Assembly: GCA_051362555.1 (NCBI GenBank)
Contig: CM120646.1
Coordinates: 23,746,001-23,810,000, forward strand
Origin: Lingula anatina
Lineage: Eukaryota; Animalia; Brachiopoda
DNA length: 64,000 nt
Direction of reading: 5' to 3'
Shown: one piece after another, positions 39,277 through 52,853 of the stretch
How positions within the stretch are numbered: the stretch's first letter is position 1
How the letters are laid out: each line of letters starts with the position of its first letter
Position numbers and translations under genes: made by a program
Notes under the pieces: generated by a model
What the model was told of the DNA's origin: nothing
The model's input: only the letters and a program-made list of their open reading frames with translations
Database searches by the model: none

Positions 39277-40039
39277 GATGGATCGATCTAGGCATGGAAA
39301 CCCAATCAAAGTTATTTTATTTGAGAATGTCAGCCAAGAATATGTTTTTGCATAGGTTTGATAATTCCTGTCTGATGTTTACGGGTTCTTATGGGCTCCT
39401 GACTTTTTATTTAACGTAAGGTGTATGTAAGGCTCAAAGGGTATGAGATTAGATATCAAAGTATTTGCTTAGCTGAGGCGTGGAAGGCTGGTGAGGAACA
39501 TATGTTAAACGCAGTTTTGGGATAAGTGATAAAAACGCAGTGCATAGGGCGGTAGCAATATTTTGCATAATTTTCAAATAAAAACATTTCTAAATTAATT
39601 TTAGTGAATTGCAGTTGGCCAGTCTTTTAATGTCACAGGCAATATTGAAATCCCAAGTCACAAACATTTTATATTCTGAATAAATCAATCACACACGCCA
39701 TTTAAGTTATAGAATCTATGGTTAAGAACATCTTTTTTTTAACCACCCGTGGTATCTTGTATCCAGTTGTTACAAATGAAATTGTTTCTATTATTTTTCC
39801 TCACATAGGTTTCCTTTTGGCTGCATATCAGTCCCATATGTGCTTTGGCATAAATTTTATAGTTTATTTTAAATAGTTCAAATTACCTAAAAGTTTTTCA
39901 CGCCTAAGATATCACGACAATTATCTCGCCGAGGCAGATTTAAAGCCTGTCTGGATGTCAATCTTGTCTGTGATACATACATTCACTCTCTCATTGGCTC
40001 TATTTACCATCACCAGAAATTCTTTTTTTAGTGTGCACC

Positions 40040-40711
40040 ATGCCACTGGCTGTTGTGAGCATCATGTTCTACATCCGAACTCTTCTGAGATTCCTCGGCA
40101 TATCTGGAAGTTTTATAGTCATAGCTTACGCACTGTACTTGACTATTTTGTGGTTAAATCGTCAGAAAACAGTTACACAGAAGTCCGCGGAAGAGACCAA
40201 AGCCCTCAGAGAGAACCGAGAATGCAAAATATCTTGCAGTCACTTGATTGCATGTATCATTGCAACTTTAGTTGGCCTAACTGCGCTTGTAACATTTTTT
40301 GAGGGTGAAGTCACTTACGGGTTTTATGTTATGTCAGTGTTTTTTGCTTACGTTTCGGAATATAGTTTTCTTCTGACAGTCGTCAGTGCAGTATTGGTGA
40401 TTTATCAGATAAGAAACGGATATATTGTTCGAATAAAACAACCGGACACTTTTGCTACTCGTATCTGGACAATGTTGAAGAAGCAAACTGAATTACTTGT
40501 GCGGAAAATACCAATTTGGTTTAGTGTTGCCGGAATAAGCACAGCTTTCAGAACTGCACTTATTCTTATAAGGAAGAATGGTAGCAAAGCGTTCCTCTGG
40601 ATTTCGAAAATAACCTATGCATTAGCTAACCTTCTTGATCCAAATGAGGACTGCGTGCCATCAAATTTGATGAAAACGGGAAGCGAGACCATGGTCGAAA
40701 GTGAAGACTGA
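40040..40711 (+). CDS. Paralog of the TM-caspase first exon; multi-pass membrane protein (223 aa), truncated
   Basis: Shared blocks with 32345: IRxxLxFL, ENxEC, IACI.AT.VGLT, IRKxGSK..L.IS..T..LA..L.P...CVPS.LM. Splice acceptor just before the ATG in both. Premature stop at 40709-11. Confidence 0.7.
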   Translation: MPLAVVSIMFYIRTLLRFLGISGSFIVIAYALYLTILWLNRQKTVTQKSAEETKALRENRECKISCSHLIACIIATLVGLTALVTFFEGEVTYGFYVMSVFFAYVSEYSFLLTVVSAVLVIYQIRNGYIVRIKQPDTFATRIWTMLKKQTELLVRKIPIWFSVAGISTAFRTALILIRKNGSKAFLWISKITYALANLLDPNEDCVPSNLMKTGSETMVESED

Positions 40712-41735
40712 AGTTTATCGTGAATGTGAACCGAATTTACCACGCCCCCAAAAGCCAGAGTGTAGCGGTTCACTGATAAAAAAGACGAAGAGTCATCGTT
40801 GGATATGAAATGCTGTTTATTAACGCAGTGTACATAACTGTTACTGGCAACTGTGCTGAGTTGAAATGAAATTATCTCAGCCAAAATGTACTGAACTGGT
40901 GAAAACTGGAGAAATGGATAACTGAGGGATAGTTCTGCAAACAAAAATGATCTCTTATTATCTTTGAACGTATGTGGAACGCCATCACTGCGCAGACGCT
41001 TACGAATCCAGGTTTTACTGTATAAAATACTAAAATACTATGGTTAGTTTATTCATTGGTGGTGCAATCAGTAATTTTTGTGAAAAAATTCCCTTTAGAA
41101 GTTGAATAAAGAACACTGGTTCATTACACGATTTTGTATCATTTTACGCATGGCGTTAGGAGTGACACTTTTTCTGCTAGGGGAGAATACGAACTGGTTC
41201 CAGATATAACAGATTGTTCATGGTTTCGATTCTCTGTGAAATAATTAGAAGGACAAAAGGGCAGGGACATTGAATGTACGGCATATATTCGGGCATAGGT
41301 AAGGTTTATATTTTCGATTTTTAGAACAATGAGTACTATTACCGTAGACTATAAATCGGAGTGTAACAGCACTGCGTTTTTTTGGATTTATCACCGATTC
41401 GCTACAAGAGCTGTTGTATCAAACTGTTTGACGTCAAAAAGTAATATGTTTCAGTATTGACTGGCATTTCTTTGAATTATTGAAGACATTGTTTTCTTAT
41501 CTTGTCTTTATTCCTCTCATCGAATATTAATGTGATTATCCATGAAAAACACTCCCTTGGTTTTTTTTTCAGATATATTACTCAGTGTCAATATAACCAA
41601 ATGAGAATTATTTTTTAAAATTAAAATTTTGATTTTCATCTGTATGTTAGCGTCTCCTAAAGCGTCTCTCCTTATCCCAATCCCCTTTTAGACACCTACA
41701 TGTATGCTGTATGTGGCCTCTTCTCTCGGTGTCAG

Positions 41736-42085
41736 ACTCTTTCACAGGAGGATATTGCACGATGTACATCTCAAAACACCACTGATACTCGTGGCAGGGA
41801 CAAAAAAACAGCGGTTTAGAATGGAGAGAAGACTTCTTGCTTATATATTCGACGCTCCCGGGCCATGTCTCTCTGAGAAGCGATGTAGGTTCGCCGTGGA
41901 TGACTCAGTTCATTCAACTCCTCAAAGGTTACAGCATGGAAAGAAAAGGAAATGTTTCTTTTGACCAGGTGCTGAAGAAATTGAACAAACGTATGAGTGC
42001 ACGTGATTGCTATATCAAACAAATCTTACATGTTTGCTGTACACTGAAAAGGAATTTATTCCTCTTTAACGAACTGTCTGTTTAA
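41736..42085 (+). pseudogene. Caspase small-subunit (p10) exon of the paralog, frameshifted 5' part
   Basis: EDFLLIYSTLPGHVSLRSDVGSP...RDCYIKQI...RN is homologous to exon 4 of the first caspase. In-frame TGA at 41783. No SHG or xACxG exon seen between 40711 and 41736. Confidence 0.75.
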
Positions 42086-43643
42086 GTGAAATACGAGGGC
42101 CCTCGTATCGAACTGATAAGTGTAAGATATTTGTTGAACTTTTTATGAGGTCTGTTGTAAAGTTAAATGGGTACATATTCAGGAATCACAAATAATAATT
42201 AAAGTGAAATCAAATGAGTAAATGCCTCGCAAGTTATTAAGTGTAGGTGAAGTTGAGGTCTTTGTTTTTTACATTGTAAATAATGATTTAGCATATATTT
42301 AACAGCTATGAAAAATCCAGATGCACTATATTGTCAGACTCACTTGTTTGTGGACACCATTTATAATGACTACAGTCACCTTGCCAATAAAGCTTTTTGA
42401 GAATTTAGGCAAGCATTCAGAGTATAAGGGTGAATTTTTTAAACTAACAATAAGTACGTTTTTTATCCAATACTCGATGAGTCAATTTTGTTTTAATTTA
42501 GTGGAAATTTTGATTATAAAGAACGGTTGGACTTTCGTAAATTGATTGGTTCAGCTCATAATCTGTTATCAGAGGGTTATTTGGCTTATATGCTCCGTCA
42601 AATACCATTCGTTTTTGGTAAATTTTATATTCAAGCTGGAAAATCGGTTATTTTATGTATATACTATGTCTAGCGATATGCCATCTTTATGCGTATATTT
42701 TAATTGTTATATAAATTTCATAAACCAATCAGTATGTTTCAAAATTATGTATAGAGTGTTGCCGAGGTACATGTAGTTGTATATTGCTGCATCATTATTA
42801 ATAAGCCATTTGAATATTACTGTTAGTATAAAGTACCTTGATGCATGATATACGATGTATTAAATATATCTATATTATTCGTTGAATAAAAAGAAACAGC
42901 AGTATTTTAAGTATTAAGACAGGAATAATAGTTTGGGATTTAATTAGAATTTTCTTTTGCATAATTAGAACAGAATAAGAAATTTGTTTTGAGTCGTTGT
43001 CGGTCATGAATATTCATTATCAGTTCACGAGTATTCATGCATGGTCAAAGCACTGGTCAAGAAACTACGTGGGTACGTGTTGGCAGTCGGAATATACCAG
43101 GAGTGGGAGGGGGGGAGACCACTGGTCACTTGAGACGATTTGGAGCCAAGCCCACTCGTGATTTGTGATAAGATTTGGGGTCGGGCACAGCCATTAATAT
43201 AATTAAATAATAAATTAATTAGTTGATCAATTGATTTATAATTATAATTAAAGGTCAGGAATATCTCATGCTATATAATGAATTGTGTAGGCCTACTAGT
43301 AGGGGCCTAAGTAATTTTAAACAATTTTGTTTTTATTCATCAAGCTTCAGGACCTATACATTGTAGATAATATACAGTATTATTAAATTACGCTATCAAT
43401 CCATTTTCGTTTTCATCACCATTATCATTTAACTGATGTGAAAAATGAATGCACAAATCCTAAGTTTGCTACAAACTGTTTAGCACACATGTAAATATTC
43501 CTTAGATACTTTAGGGAGAAGTTAACAAGAGCTCACAGGGATTGCCATGCAGTGTACCTGTATAAATAGGCCTACATGTTGGACTTTTGATTGTAAAAGA
43601 AGAATGGATGATTTTTACGATCACGCAAAAGATGACGTTTAAA

Positions 43644-43699
<56 letters not shown>

Positions 43700-44442
43700 C
43701 TCAACGTTCTGGTAGAGATATGGCACTAGTTGATAAATGTAGGCCTATTTGGCGCCATGGTATCCAAAAAACAGTCGCTTAATAAACTTTCGAAAGCTCC
43801 AACTCGTCGTTGTTGTATTAAGAAGGTCAAAGACTCTTTAAATACACAGATAAAGACAGATTGTATATTTGGATAAAATTGGATAAAATAAGATCTTGAT
43901 CGTTTTTTCCTTTTAATTGACTATTAGGGTATTACTCAGTAGTTTTGTTGTCTATAAAGGACATTAATAGTACATGTACTGTACACTCCATGAGGTTTGA
44001 CCAACGAAATGTATTTCCCGGTTAAATAAACAATTTTTTCGCATTCACGAATCATTTTCCTACCCCCCCCCCCCCTCTGGGTTTGGATTCGGTCTTTGAT
44101 AAGATTTATAAACTCGAGTTTAACTTAAAATAACTGGCCAGTCATTATAACAACAACCTTTTTCCTATAAAAGCTCTAAAGAAAAAAAATCGACACAGCT
44201 ACGTACGTAGGTACGCTCCTAAAATATTAAAGGGGTTAAAATGTTAAAGGCGTACGTTAGGTTTAATAAGAAGCTGTGGATGGCAAAAATGGGCATTTTT
44301 GGGGATTTCAAAATCAATGGAGTGTACCTTTCACCAAGTTAGTTGACAGCCAAGAGTAGCTAGTTGTCACGACACTGGTTGAGGATTGTCGTTGAATACT
44401 GCGCCATCTATCATACAATCAGGCTGACGAGGATCCAGGGAA

Positions 44443-47400
44443 ATGGCTGGGGTATTTGACGTGGAAGACGAAAGTATTATTTCCACGATATTCAAGGATT
44501 CATTTCCAGGTAAGATCTAATCAAGGCTTGTATACCTTTATTCCAGTGTAACTGTAGATTGAATTTTAATAGCAGAGTCGTAACTTTTGTATACTGCCAT
44601 TACGACTTTGTATGATGTATCGGCAGGCTTTTGAGATTAGTCCAAACTTTGACTTTTATTGAGTCCAGCGCTGGGCTGTAATCTTCACCAGTTGATGGCT
44701 CTACTAACCACACAAAACCTTTATATTGGCTCATTAGACAGCTGATACCTTTGCAGTGCAGCTGTCCCCTGATACGTCTTAGTGAAATAATCTATGTGCT
44801 CGTAAATACATGTCAATATTAATCAGTGCTGTATGTAAATGATTTTCTTTCCACAATTTCAGACAACTGGCGGGACAACCCAGACTTTGCACAGTACCTG
44901 GCAGAGCTCAGTTCTTTTGGAGTGGATAAATTAGGTAACTCAGGGTCCCAGGGGATAGATCCTGCTTAGATAAATACATGTAACATTCAAAGTCCAACTG
45001 AATATAATTTTACATCCCATTTGGAACTAAGAGGTTAATTAAAATCTAAGTAATAACTACACGTTTAATTAATCTTTGAGCATTTGAACAGAATTATAGT
45101 TATAATGATTAAGTGCTGTTTTGGTAAAATTTAAAATTCCTTTCAGGTCGTGAGCCAGACAGACTAGCTGAAGACAGAGCTCAGATCTTGGAGCAAACCC
45201 AGAACCTTGCTTTCCACAATTATAAAACTTTTATCCAAACTGCAGAATGCTCTAGAGACATATATCAGGATGTAGGTAGAACAGCATATAGGACTTTTCT
45301 ATTATTGTTGTTAATTTTTTATTTTCAAGGAATGGTAATGTTGTGTCAGTGTGTGTTTGTGTATGTGCATACATGTTTACAAGGGTGTGTGGCTGTTTTA
45401 GAAGGGATGGGAGTAAAAAGGGTGGCATATCAAAATTAATATTAATATGTATAAGAATGAGGTGATTTTTCTTCAGTCAACAGCCTGATATTGCAATAGT
45501 TTTACCTCCAATATTTCTATGACCCTGTTCCCAGAGATTAGATCAATCCAAACTAGATCGACCAAACTCCTTGGGGGTTCACGCTAAATAGCTGTCAGCT
45601 GAGCGGGCACGAAAGTTAATTACCAGACATTTAAGCCGGATTATCTGACAGTAATCTAGTGAGACTCCCCAGGGGGATAGATCGATCTAAATGTCTGGGA
45701 ATACGCCCTATGTCTAACATAGCATCTTCATCAGGGAATGAGGCTATCCAGATGAATTCAGTACTGACATATTAAACTCAAGTACTATGTTTGTATAAGT
45801 ATGTAAATACGCATTTTAGATTCATTATAAAATGGTGACATTTAAGTTCAAGAAATTCTTTCTGTATGACTGGTCCGTTGGTGTGGAATTTGAATTGTGA
45901 AAATTTTAACTTCACAAGAGTTGAAAATATTTTCTGAGTATCATTTGTTTCGTAAAAAAGCCACATGTTATGTTACAAGCTACATTTTTATTAACTTAGA
46001 ATCTATATTTTGTTGAATTCTTCAGTTTCAGATCATAGAGAAGCATGTTGGTGGAATGTTGGAGAAATTACCAACACTGTCCACTCAGTGTCATCAGTTC
46101 TTGACCAAGGCTCAGGAAATCAGCTCTAGGTGGGTGGAAAGTAATTTTTCTTTCTCAATATTTCAAATTTTCAACTGTTGAACTTACATATTTATCAGTT
46201 TGTGAAAGTGTGTGCCCATGCCTTTGTAAGTTTGTGTGGGATTCCAAGATAATTGATAGATAATTCCAAGTTTCCATGATAACTTATATTTATGTGGAAT
46301 AAACTTGTTTCTACTATTTTCAAATGCATAATTTTGCCAATGTATCCCAGAATGCTTTTGTACAATGATATTGCATTCCAGTCGTCGTATGAACTCCCTG
46401 ACCCTGCAGCGTCATACCCAGTTACTGGAGATCCTGGAGATGCCCCAGTTAATGGACACTTGTGTCAGAAATGGGTACTACGAGGAGGCGCTGGAGCTGG
46501 CAGCTCACGTGAAGAGACTAGAGAAGAAACATTCCAGTATACCTGTGATTTTGGTGAGTGGTGTGAATAATGTGATTGTACAAGACCAGATTTTAGGCTG
46601 CTAATATATTTAGGACTTCAATTGTTAAATGCTTGCTGAGAATATTAAGATAACCAGCACAGTTAAATAAAATTTATCTATAGCCAAGTAAAAAAATATT
46701 GACATTTTATCTTCAAATATCAAGATTTCATTCAACATTGAATTTCAGTGTCACATGAACTATTGAAGACAAAATATAAAGTTAAAAAAACAATTAAAAA
46801 ACTTCTGTTTTAACCTGTAACTGTTATTTACCAAAATATTCCTGTTCATCTGATAACCTCCAGAACATAGTCAGTGAGGTGAAGAATTCCATGCAGTTAA
46901 TGTTGAACCAGTTAATACAGCAGCTACGCGCCAACATCCAGCTGCCTGCCTGCCTGCGTGTGATTGGCTACCTCAGGAGAATGGACTTGTTCTCTGAGGC
47001 TGAGCTCAGGATTAAGTTTTTGCAGGTATGAACTTTTTTCATGTTAACTGTCTAAGAAGTAAAGGTAGAAGTCTTCATCAGAAAGGGGTTGTGATGGTTT
47101 GTGTTACACAAAACTTTGACAAAAGTGGAAGTTATGTTTTGGATAAGAAGCTTTTTGATAATGTAATAAATATAATTAAGATTGTAATGAAATTAGTAGA
47201 TTGTTTTTTGTGAGAAACAGTTGCTATAATTAAGCATAATACATAAGTCTGTCACTGTAAGAGATATGCATCGCTTGAATCTTATTATTTTGATATTTAA
47301 AAATAAAGTATTGTGTTCTCCTCTTGCAGGCCAGAGACACCTGGTTTCAGAGTTTGCTGAATGCTATACCAGCGGAAGATGGTAAGTGGCAATGCATTGG

Positions 47401-49071
47401 AGTGATTATCTCAAAGAAACATGCTGTCAGCTCTCTGTGTTTTAGATCCTAATTAGTGCACTTGAACTGGACATAAGTTCTATCAAATTCAGCATGATTA
47501 TCATTCTCATTTCTTGCAACATGTTTTTGTAAATAATGTTATCAGACTCATAAATGCCTAGTAAATTTTCAGGTACATTGTCAACAGTTAGGGAAAGAAA
47601 ACAAGTACTGTCTCAACTGTCAAATATCTCAGTGATTGAACTATTTCCTCCAGCTTATTACCACATCACTAAGACCATTAAGACAAGTCGTGTCCACCTG
47701 TTTAATATTATCAAATATCTCAGTGATTGAACTATTTCCTTCAGCTTATTACCACATCACTAAGACCATAGAGACAAGTCGTGTCCACCTGTTTAATATT
47801 ATCAAATATCTCAGTGATTGAACTATTTCCTTCAGCTTATTACCACATCACTAAGACCATAGAGACAAGTCGTGTCCACCTGTTTAATATTATCAAATAT
47901 CTCAGTGATTGAACTATTTCCTTCAGCTTATTACCACATCACTAAGACCATTAAGACAAGTCGTGTCCACCTGTTTAATATTATCAAATATCTCAGTGAT
48001 TGAACTATTTCCTTCAGCTTATTACCACATCACTAAGACCATTAAGACAAGTCGTGTCCACCTGTTTAATATTATCAAATATCTCAGTGATTGAACTATT
48101 TCCTTCAGCTTATTACCACATTACTAAGACCATAGAGACAAGTCGTGTCCACCTGTTTAATATTATCAAATATCTCAGTGATTGAACTATTTCCTTCAGC
48201 TTATTACCACATCACTAAGACCATAGAGACCAGCCGTGTTCATCTGTTTGATATTATCACGCAGTACCGTGCCATCTTCTCTGATGATGATCCATTACTG
48301 ACCACTAAAGAGGATGGACCTAATGAAGGAGCCTTATTTCATGGCTGGGTGGTTCACAAGGTTAGTAGGTCTACCACAGAAATGAAGCAAACCCAATATT
48401 TGTTTTTCAACTTCAAGTTCATAGTCTACTAAATTTTGTGAAAAATTGAGGGATTACTGGATTTATAAACTGTGTACCGTGTTATATGCACTGTTAGTAT
48501 TCACTCTTCTCCTTATTCCCAGATCTCCCAGTTTCTAGAGACTCTGAAGCAAGACTTGCAGCGTGGTGTGGGAGGTCGTCTGGACTCAGTCCTGGGACAG
48601 TGTATGTACTTTGGGCTGTCATTTAGCAGAGTTGGAGCAGACTTCAGGGGTCTGCTGGCACCAGTGTTCCAGAAAGCTGCACTGGCTTCATTTCAACAGG
48701 CTGTAGATGAGGCCTCCAATAGGTAATAATCCACTATAGCACCTCTCTCCCCCCTCCAAAAGGGAAAAAAAGAGTTTAAATAAACTAATGAAAATAATAA
48801 GTTAAGCTGCTTTGACATTTAGCTCAGCTACGCCAAAAACAGGAAAGAACAGAAATTTTCCTGTATTTTCACCTTCCAGGTTTGATGAGACGATGCAGAC
48901 ATACTCCTTCCTGACGGTGTCTGCAGGGTTCTCCAGCGCCGCATACTCCATGGGGATACAGGTGTGTGTATGTGTGTGTTTGTGTGTGTGTGTATGTGTG
49001 TGTGTTTGTGTCTGCAGGGTTCTCCAGTGCTGCATACTCCATGGGGATACAGGTGTGTGTATGTGTGTGTT

Positions 49072-49106
<35 letters not shown>

Positions 49107-51095
49107 GTGGGGGGGGGGGGTGCTCCCTTATTTAGTACTCTGATCAATAAGGAATATAAATATACGCTTCCAAACTTGTATAAAGGAACTTTACAATGAC
49201 TGGTATCTGAATTCTTATGTAAATCTGATAAAAAGAAAAAAATACAATTAAGTTGAAATCTTGAAGTTTGTCCAGACAGTATGGCCAGTGAGAACTGAAA
49301 GTAAATGTATTTTGAAAGTTATGTGATGAAAATAAAAATTACAAAATTAAGTTGATCTCTTGAAGTTTGTACAGCCAGTGGGAGTAACTTGATGTCAGTC
49401 ATTCTAGAACTATAACACTTCAAACAGTTTCTACTCTGTATAAAGATTTCACTGAAATTAATAACAATGTATATTATTCTCAGGCATCATCTTTGAACCC
49501 CCCTCTCAGTCTAATGGAGCACCAGCCTCTTGCTTTGTACTGTAATTATATCCTGACAGCCTTCAATGACCTCAGACTGTGTGTGCCTCTCTCTCTGGCC
49601 TGTGATGTTGCCACTGTCCTCCAGGTGTCACTGTGTAAGGTGGTGGAGATCATACTGGCTTTCCACAGGTGAGTGATGTGACAGTGTGTTACACATGACA
49701 TGTGTGAGCTGGGACATTCATTGTACTGGCCTCTACAGGTATATTCTATTATTGTGTTTAAAGTTGATGCTGTAATTGTGTTAGTTGCAACATTGAGCCA
49801 TAGTTTTACTTGTAATATGATGAAACTTAGATAGAGATGTGGAAAACAATATAACTGTATGATAGTTATGGAGAGATTTTTTCCATATGGCCACTAAAGA
49901 TGTTCAATATGACTTGGGCGACAGATTTCATAACAGATTATTTTCTGGCCAAAGCTGACATGTGATGTTGTGTTTTGCAGGGCAGAGGAAGGAGCACTCA
50001 ACGAGAAAGAACATGAGAACTTTGTGAAGTTTTGTCAGCTGTTTGCTGAGGAGTTGGTGCCTTATTTTAACAGGTGCCTGCAGGCACTGTTCCCTCCCTC
50101 ACAGCTGGGGCTTACTCTGGGGGTCACCGCTGTCGATATTAATAAAATGGTAAGCATGGGGGGAGGGGGGCATCGTACATTAGGAAACAAACTTAGTGTT
50201 TAGTTCTGGTAGTTTGTAGGCATCAGTTGACTTCTTGCTCTTTATGAAAATTATCAGTGGAACATTTTGTGTGAAGAATTAGTAACTTCTCACACAATGC
50301 AGATTAATATGTTTGTAGTCATAGTTTTTTCCGTGGGTACCATTTTTGTCTTAGCTTTCTCGGTGTAAAGTAGGATGGTTCAGATGCAATTATAACTAAT
50401 AAGTTTGGAGTTATCTATGGAGAACTCGAGTTCACTCTGAAATTTTACATTATCAGGGTCTTGGTGTACTTGATGTTGATCACATTCTGGAACCAATGCG
50501 CCATCTATTGCCTGAAAAAGTGGAAGAAGCACCACCACCTCCCCCAGAGCCTCAGCTTGCTGCAGAAAATATACCACCCTCTTCTGAACATTCAAACTTA
50601 GATGACAAGTCCAAAACAGAAGAAGAGGCTACAGTGGTGCCATCTTCAGTCACTTCAGAGGCAGCAGGACTGCCACCTACAGTTGTTCAGACAAATGAAG
50701 ATGTCACACACCAGTCACTGGGTCAGTCAGGTGTCCAGGCTGAGGTAGAAGAACAGGTTCTAGGAAATGTTTCAGAAACTGAGCCAGCGTCTGACCAATT
50801 GGCTGCCTTGTCTCTTAGAGATATGGTTCAGGGGGCTTTAGAACCAGAGGTCAAAGGTGAACAAAGTGAACCAATCAGCTCTGACTTTACAAAGGACAAG
50901 GGTGATGAAAATAGTCCAGTGGAAAGCACTGTTGTAACAAAACCAGTGGGTGACACCGAGACTGAACAGAAACTTGCACCACCAGAAAATAAGTTACTGA
51001 AAACGGTAACATTTGACATCATGTCCTCCAGTACAGAGTCTGAGGGAGGGTCTCTGGACCTCAGTCCCCGAGATGACACCAAGAAACAGGATTGA
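44443..51095 (+). CDS. COG8: Conserved oligomeric Golgi complex subunit 8 (13 exons)
   Basis: Exons 44443-44509, 44863-44934, 45147-45271, 46026-46129, 46382-46553, 46864-47025, 47330-47381, 48200-48360, 48523-48722, 48880-48961, 49484-49668, 49981-50149, 50457-51095; all GT-AG and in frame. Motifs [67 protein letters not shown]. Confidence 0.95.
47620..48257 (+). repeat. 91-bp tandem array of the COG8 intron 7/exon 8 junction (7 acceptors)
   Basis: CAG|CTTATT exon starts at 47654, 47745, 47836, 47927, 48018, 48109 and 48200. Confidence 0.95.
48917..49108 (+). repeat. 91-bp tandem duplication of the COG8 exon 10 3' end, donor and (GT)n
   Basis: GTGTCTGCAGGGTTCTCCAG.GC.GCATACTCCATGGGGATACAG|GTGTGTGTATG at 48917 and 49008. 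Confidence 0.9.
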
Positions 51096-52853
51096 TACAC
51101 CTATAATTATTAATGGGGATGATACATTTTGTTTCATAAAACTGTTCAGGCTTGGCTGGGATAGCACTAACACTCACCCATTTAGCCAAATGCTAAAATC
51201 GACTTAAATTGGCTAAACAATATAGGGTTTTTTTGTCTTGCTTAAGTCACATTTTAGACATTTGGAGAAAAAAAGTGGGGATAAAAGTAGCAATTTGGCT
51301 AAAGAAAAAAATTGCTAGTGCTACCCCAGTTTGGTTGTTTGGTTGATATACAACATCAATTGGGATTTCTGTCATTTAAAACTTTCTCTCTATGGATCTA
51401 AATTATTGTTGATTGGCTTACCATTCATCTATGAAAGGGACTTAGACTGAAAAATGTTTTAGGGCATGAGCTAAGAAACATCGAAACTGATGTAATTCTT
51501 AACTGCACTCTTGAACAAGAAATGTTTGTGGGCATATGTCAGAGGGCAATAAAGGAAAAATCACAACATGCACTTTTTTTAAAAAGAATTTATTGTATTT
51601 GTAAAAAAAAAAAAAAGATAAAAATGGAATTTGCTGTGACTCATTAAATAACATTACACTTTAGTTGCACAAAACCAAAGGAATATGTTACCAATGATGC
51701 TGACTGATAACATTTTATAACAGTACATAATTATCTTTAAAATATAACACAGTGACTCCTCAACACTTAATTTTAAACATGATGACCATATCTGGTATTA
51801 AATTCCACAAGTGATTGCAACAGTACAATAATAAACTTAAACAAAGGACAAGAACCAATTTATTCCCAAAATCAGGAAATACTTTGCTCCATTTTATACT
51901 TGCATGGACTTATCAGTGATTGAGTATCACATCCCATTCATGGCCGTATCTCATGATACCCTATTGATGTTGGCCTATCAGGACACCCTGATAGCTGGCC
52001 TGCTGATACCATAGATACTGATTGGATTCTATTAAACATATATAAATAGAACCATGGCTTGGAGATTGTAAAATTATGAACAAGGATGATGATTTTGCAC
52101 AAAATGAAAGTATATAAACCTGCACAATGTTCTTAATGACTATTTCCAATATGTCAGTCAAAAAGAAAATAATTAAAAAAGAAAGGAAGACTACGGTCTA
52201 CTTCAAGGCAGAATGTGAGGGTAGTGCACAAGGTTTTACATTTGCCATGATAGCTACTAGCTCTACTGCACAGAAGCTCCACGGTGAAAAAAAAAAGAAA
52301 GGAAAAACTCCATTAGAAGGGGCGTGACTAACAAATGCCAAAATTTGGCAGTTTGCACTAAATTGCAGAGTAAAATTAAAATATTGCTAAGTTTCAGTTT
52401 TGGCAGTGATAAGTGACTATTATTTGACATGCATACATACTGTTATCTAACTTTCAGTCTCACTTCCAGTATTAAAACGTAACTTGTAACAATTACAGCA
52501 AACACCAGGTGTGTAGTCCTCACTTTCAATACTTCAAGGTGACGGTTACAGTAAATATTCAATGCAATATATTGTATCATCATACTGTCCTGTCTCATAG
52601 AAACCACATGGAACAAGGCCATATTGGTTTTTTAAGACCAATTTAACCATAAAATACCAAACACGCTGCAACCATCATGAAGTCTCTCCTACAGACAGCA
52701 ATCCCAACTTGCTAGGTCGGAATGTGATCCATATCATATAATTTGATTTTCCACGAGGAATTCCAGAGTTCCTCATTTCTTCATACTGTATACATCCCCA
52801 CTAGCTCAATGTCACTTCAGTCCAAACATATGCTCCATGGTGAAACCTTACAA

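Noticed and set aside
27397-42085. Segmental tandem duplication of piggyBac plus caspase as one unit
   Set aside because: Homology stops exactly at the TTAA ends, and the paralogs are far more diverged than the elements.
47620-48257. Regular repeat array resembling a CRISPR
   Set aside because: Head-to-tail units with no unique spacers, in a eukaryotic intron/exon junction.
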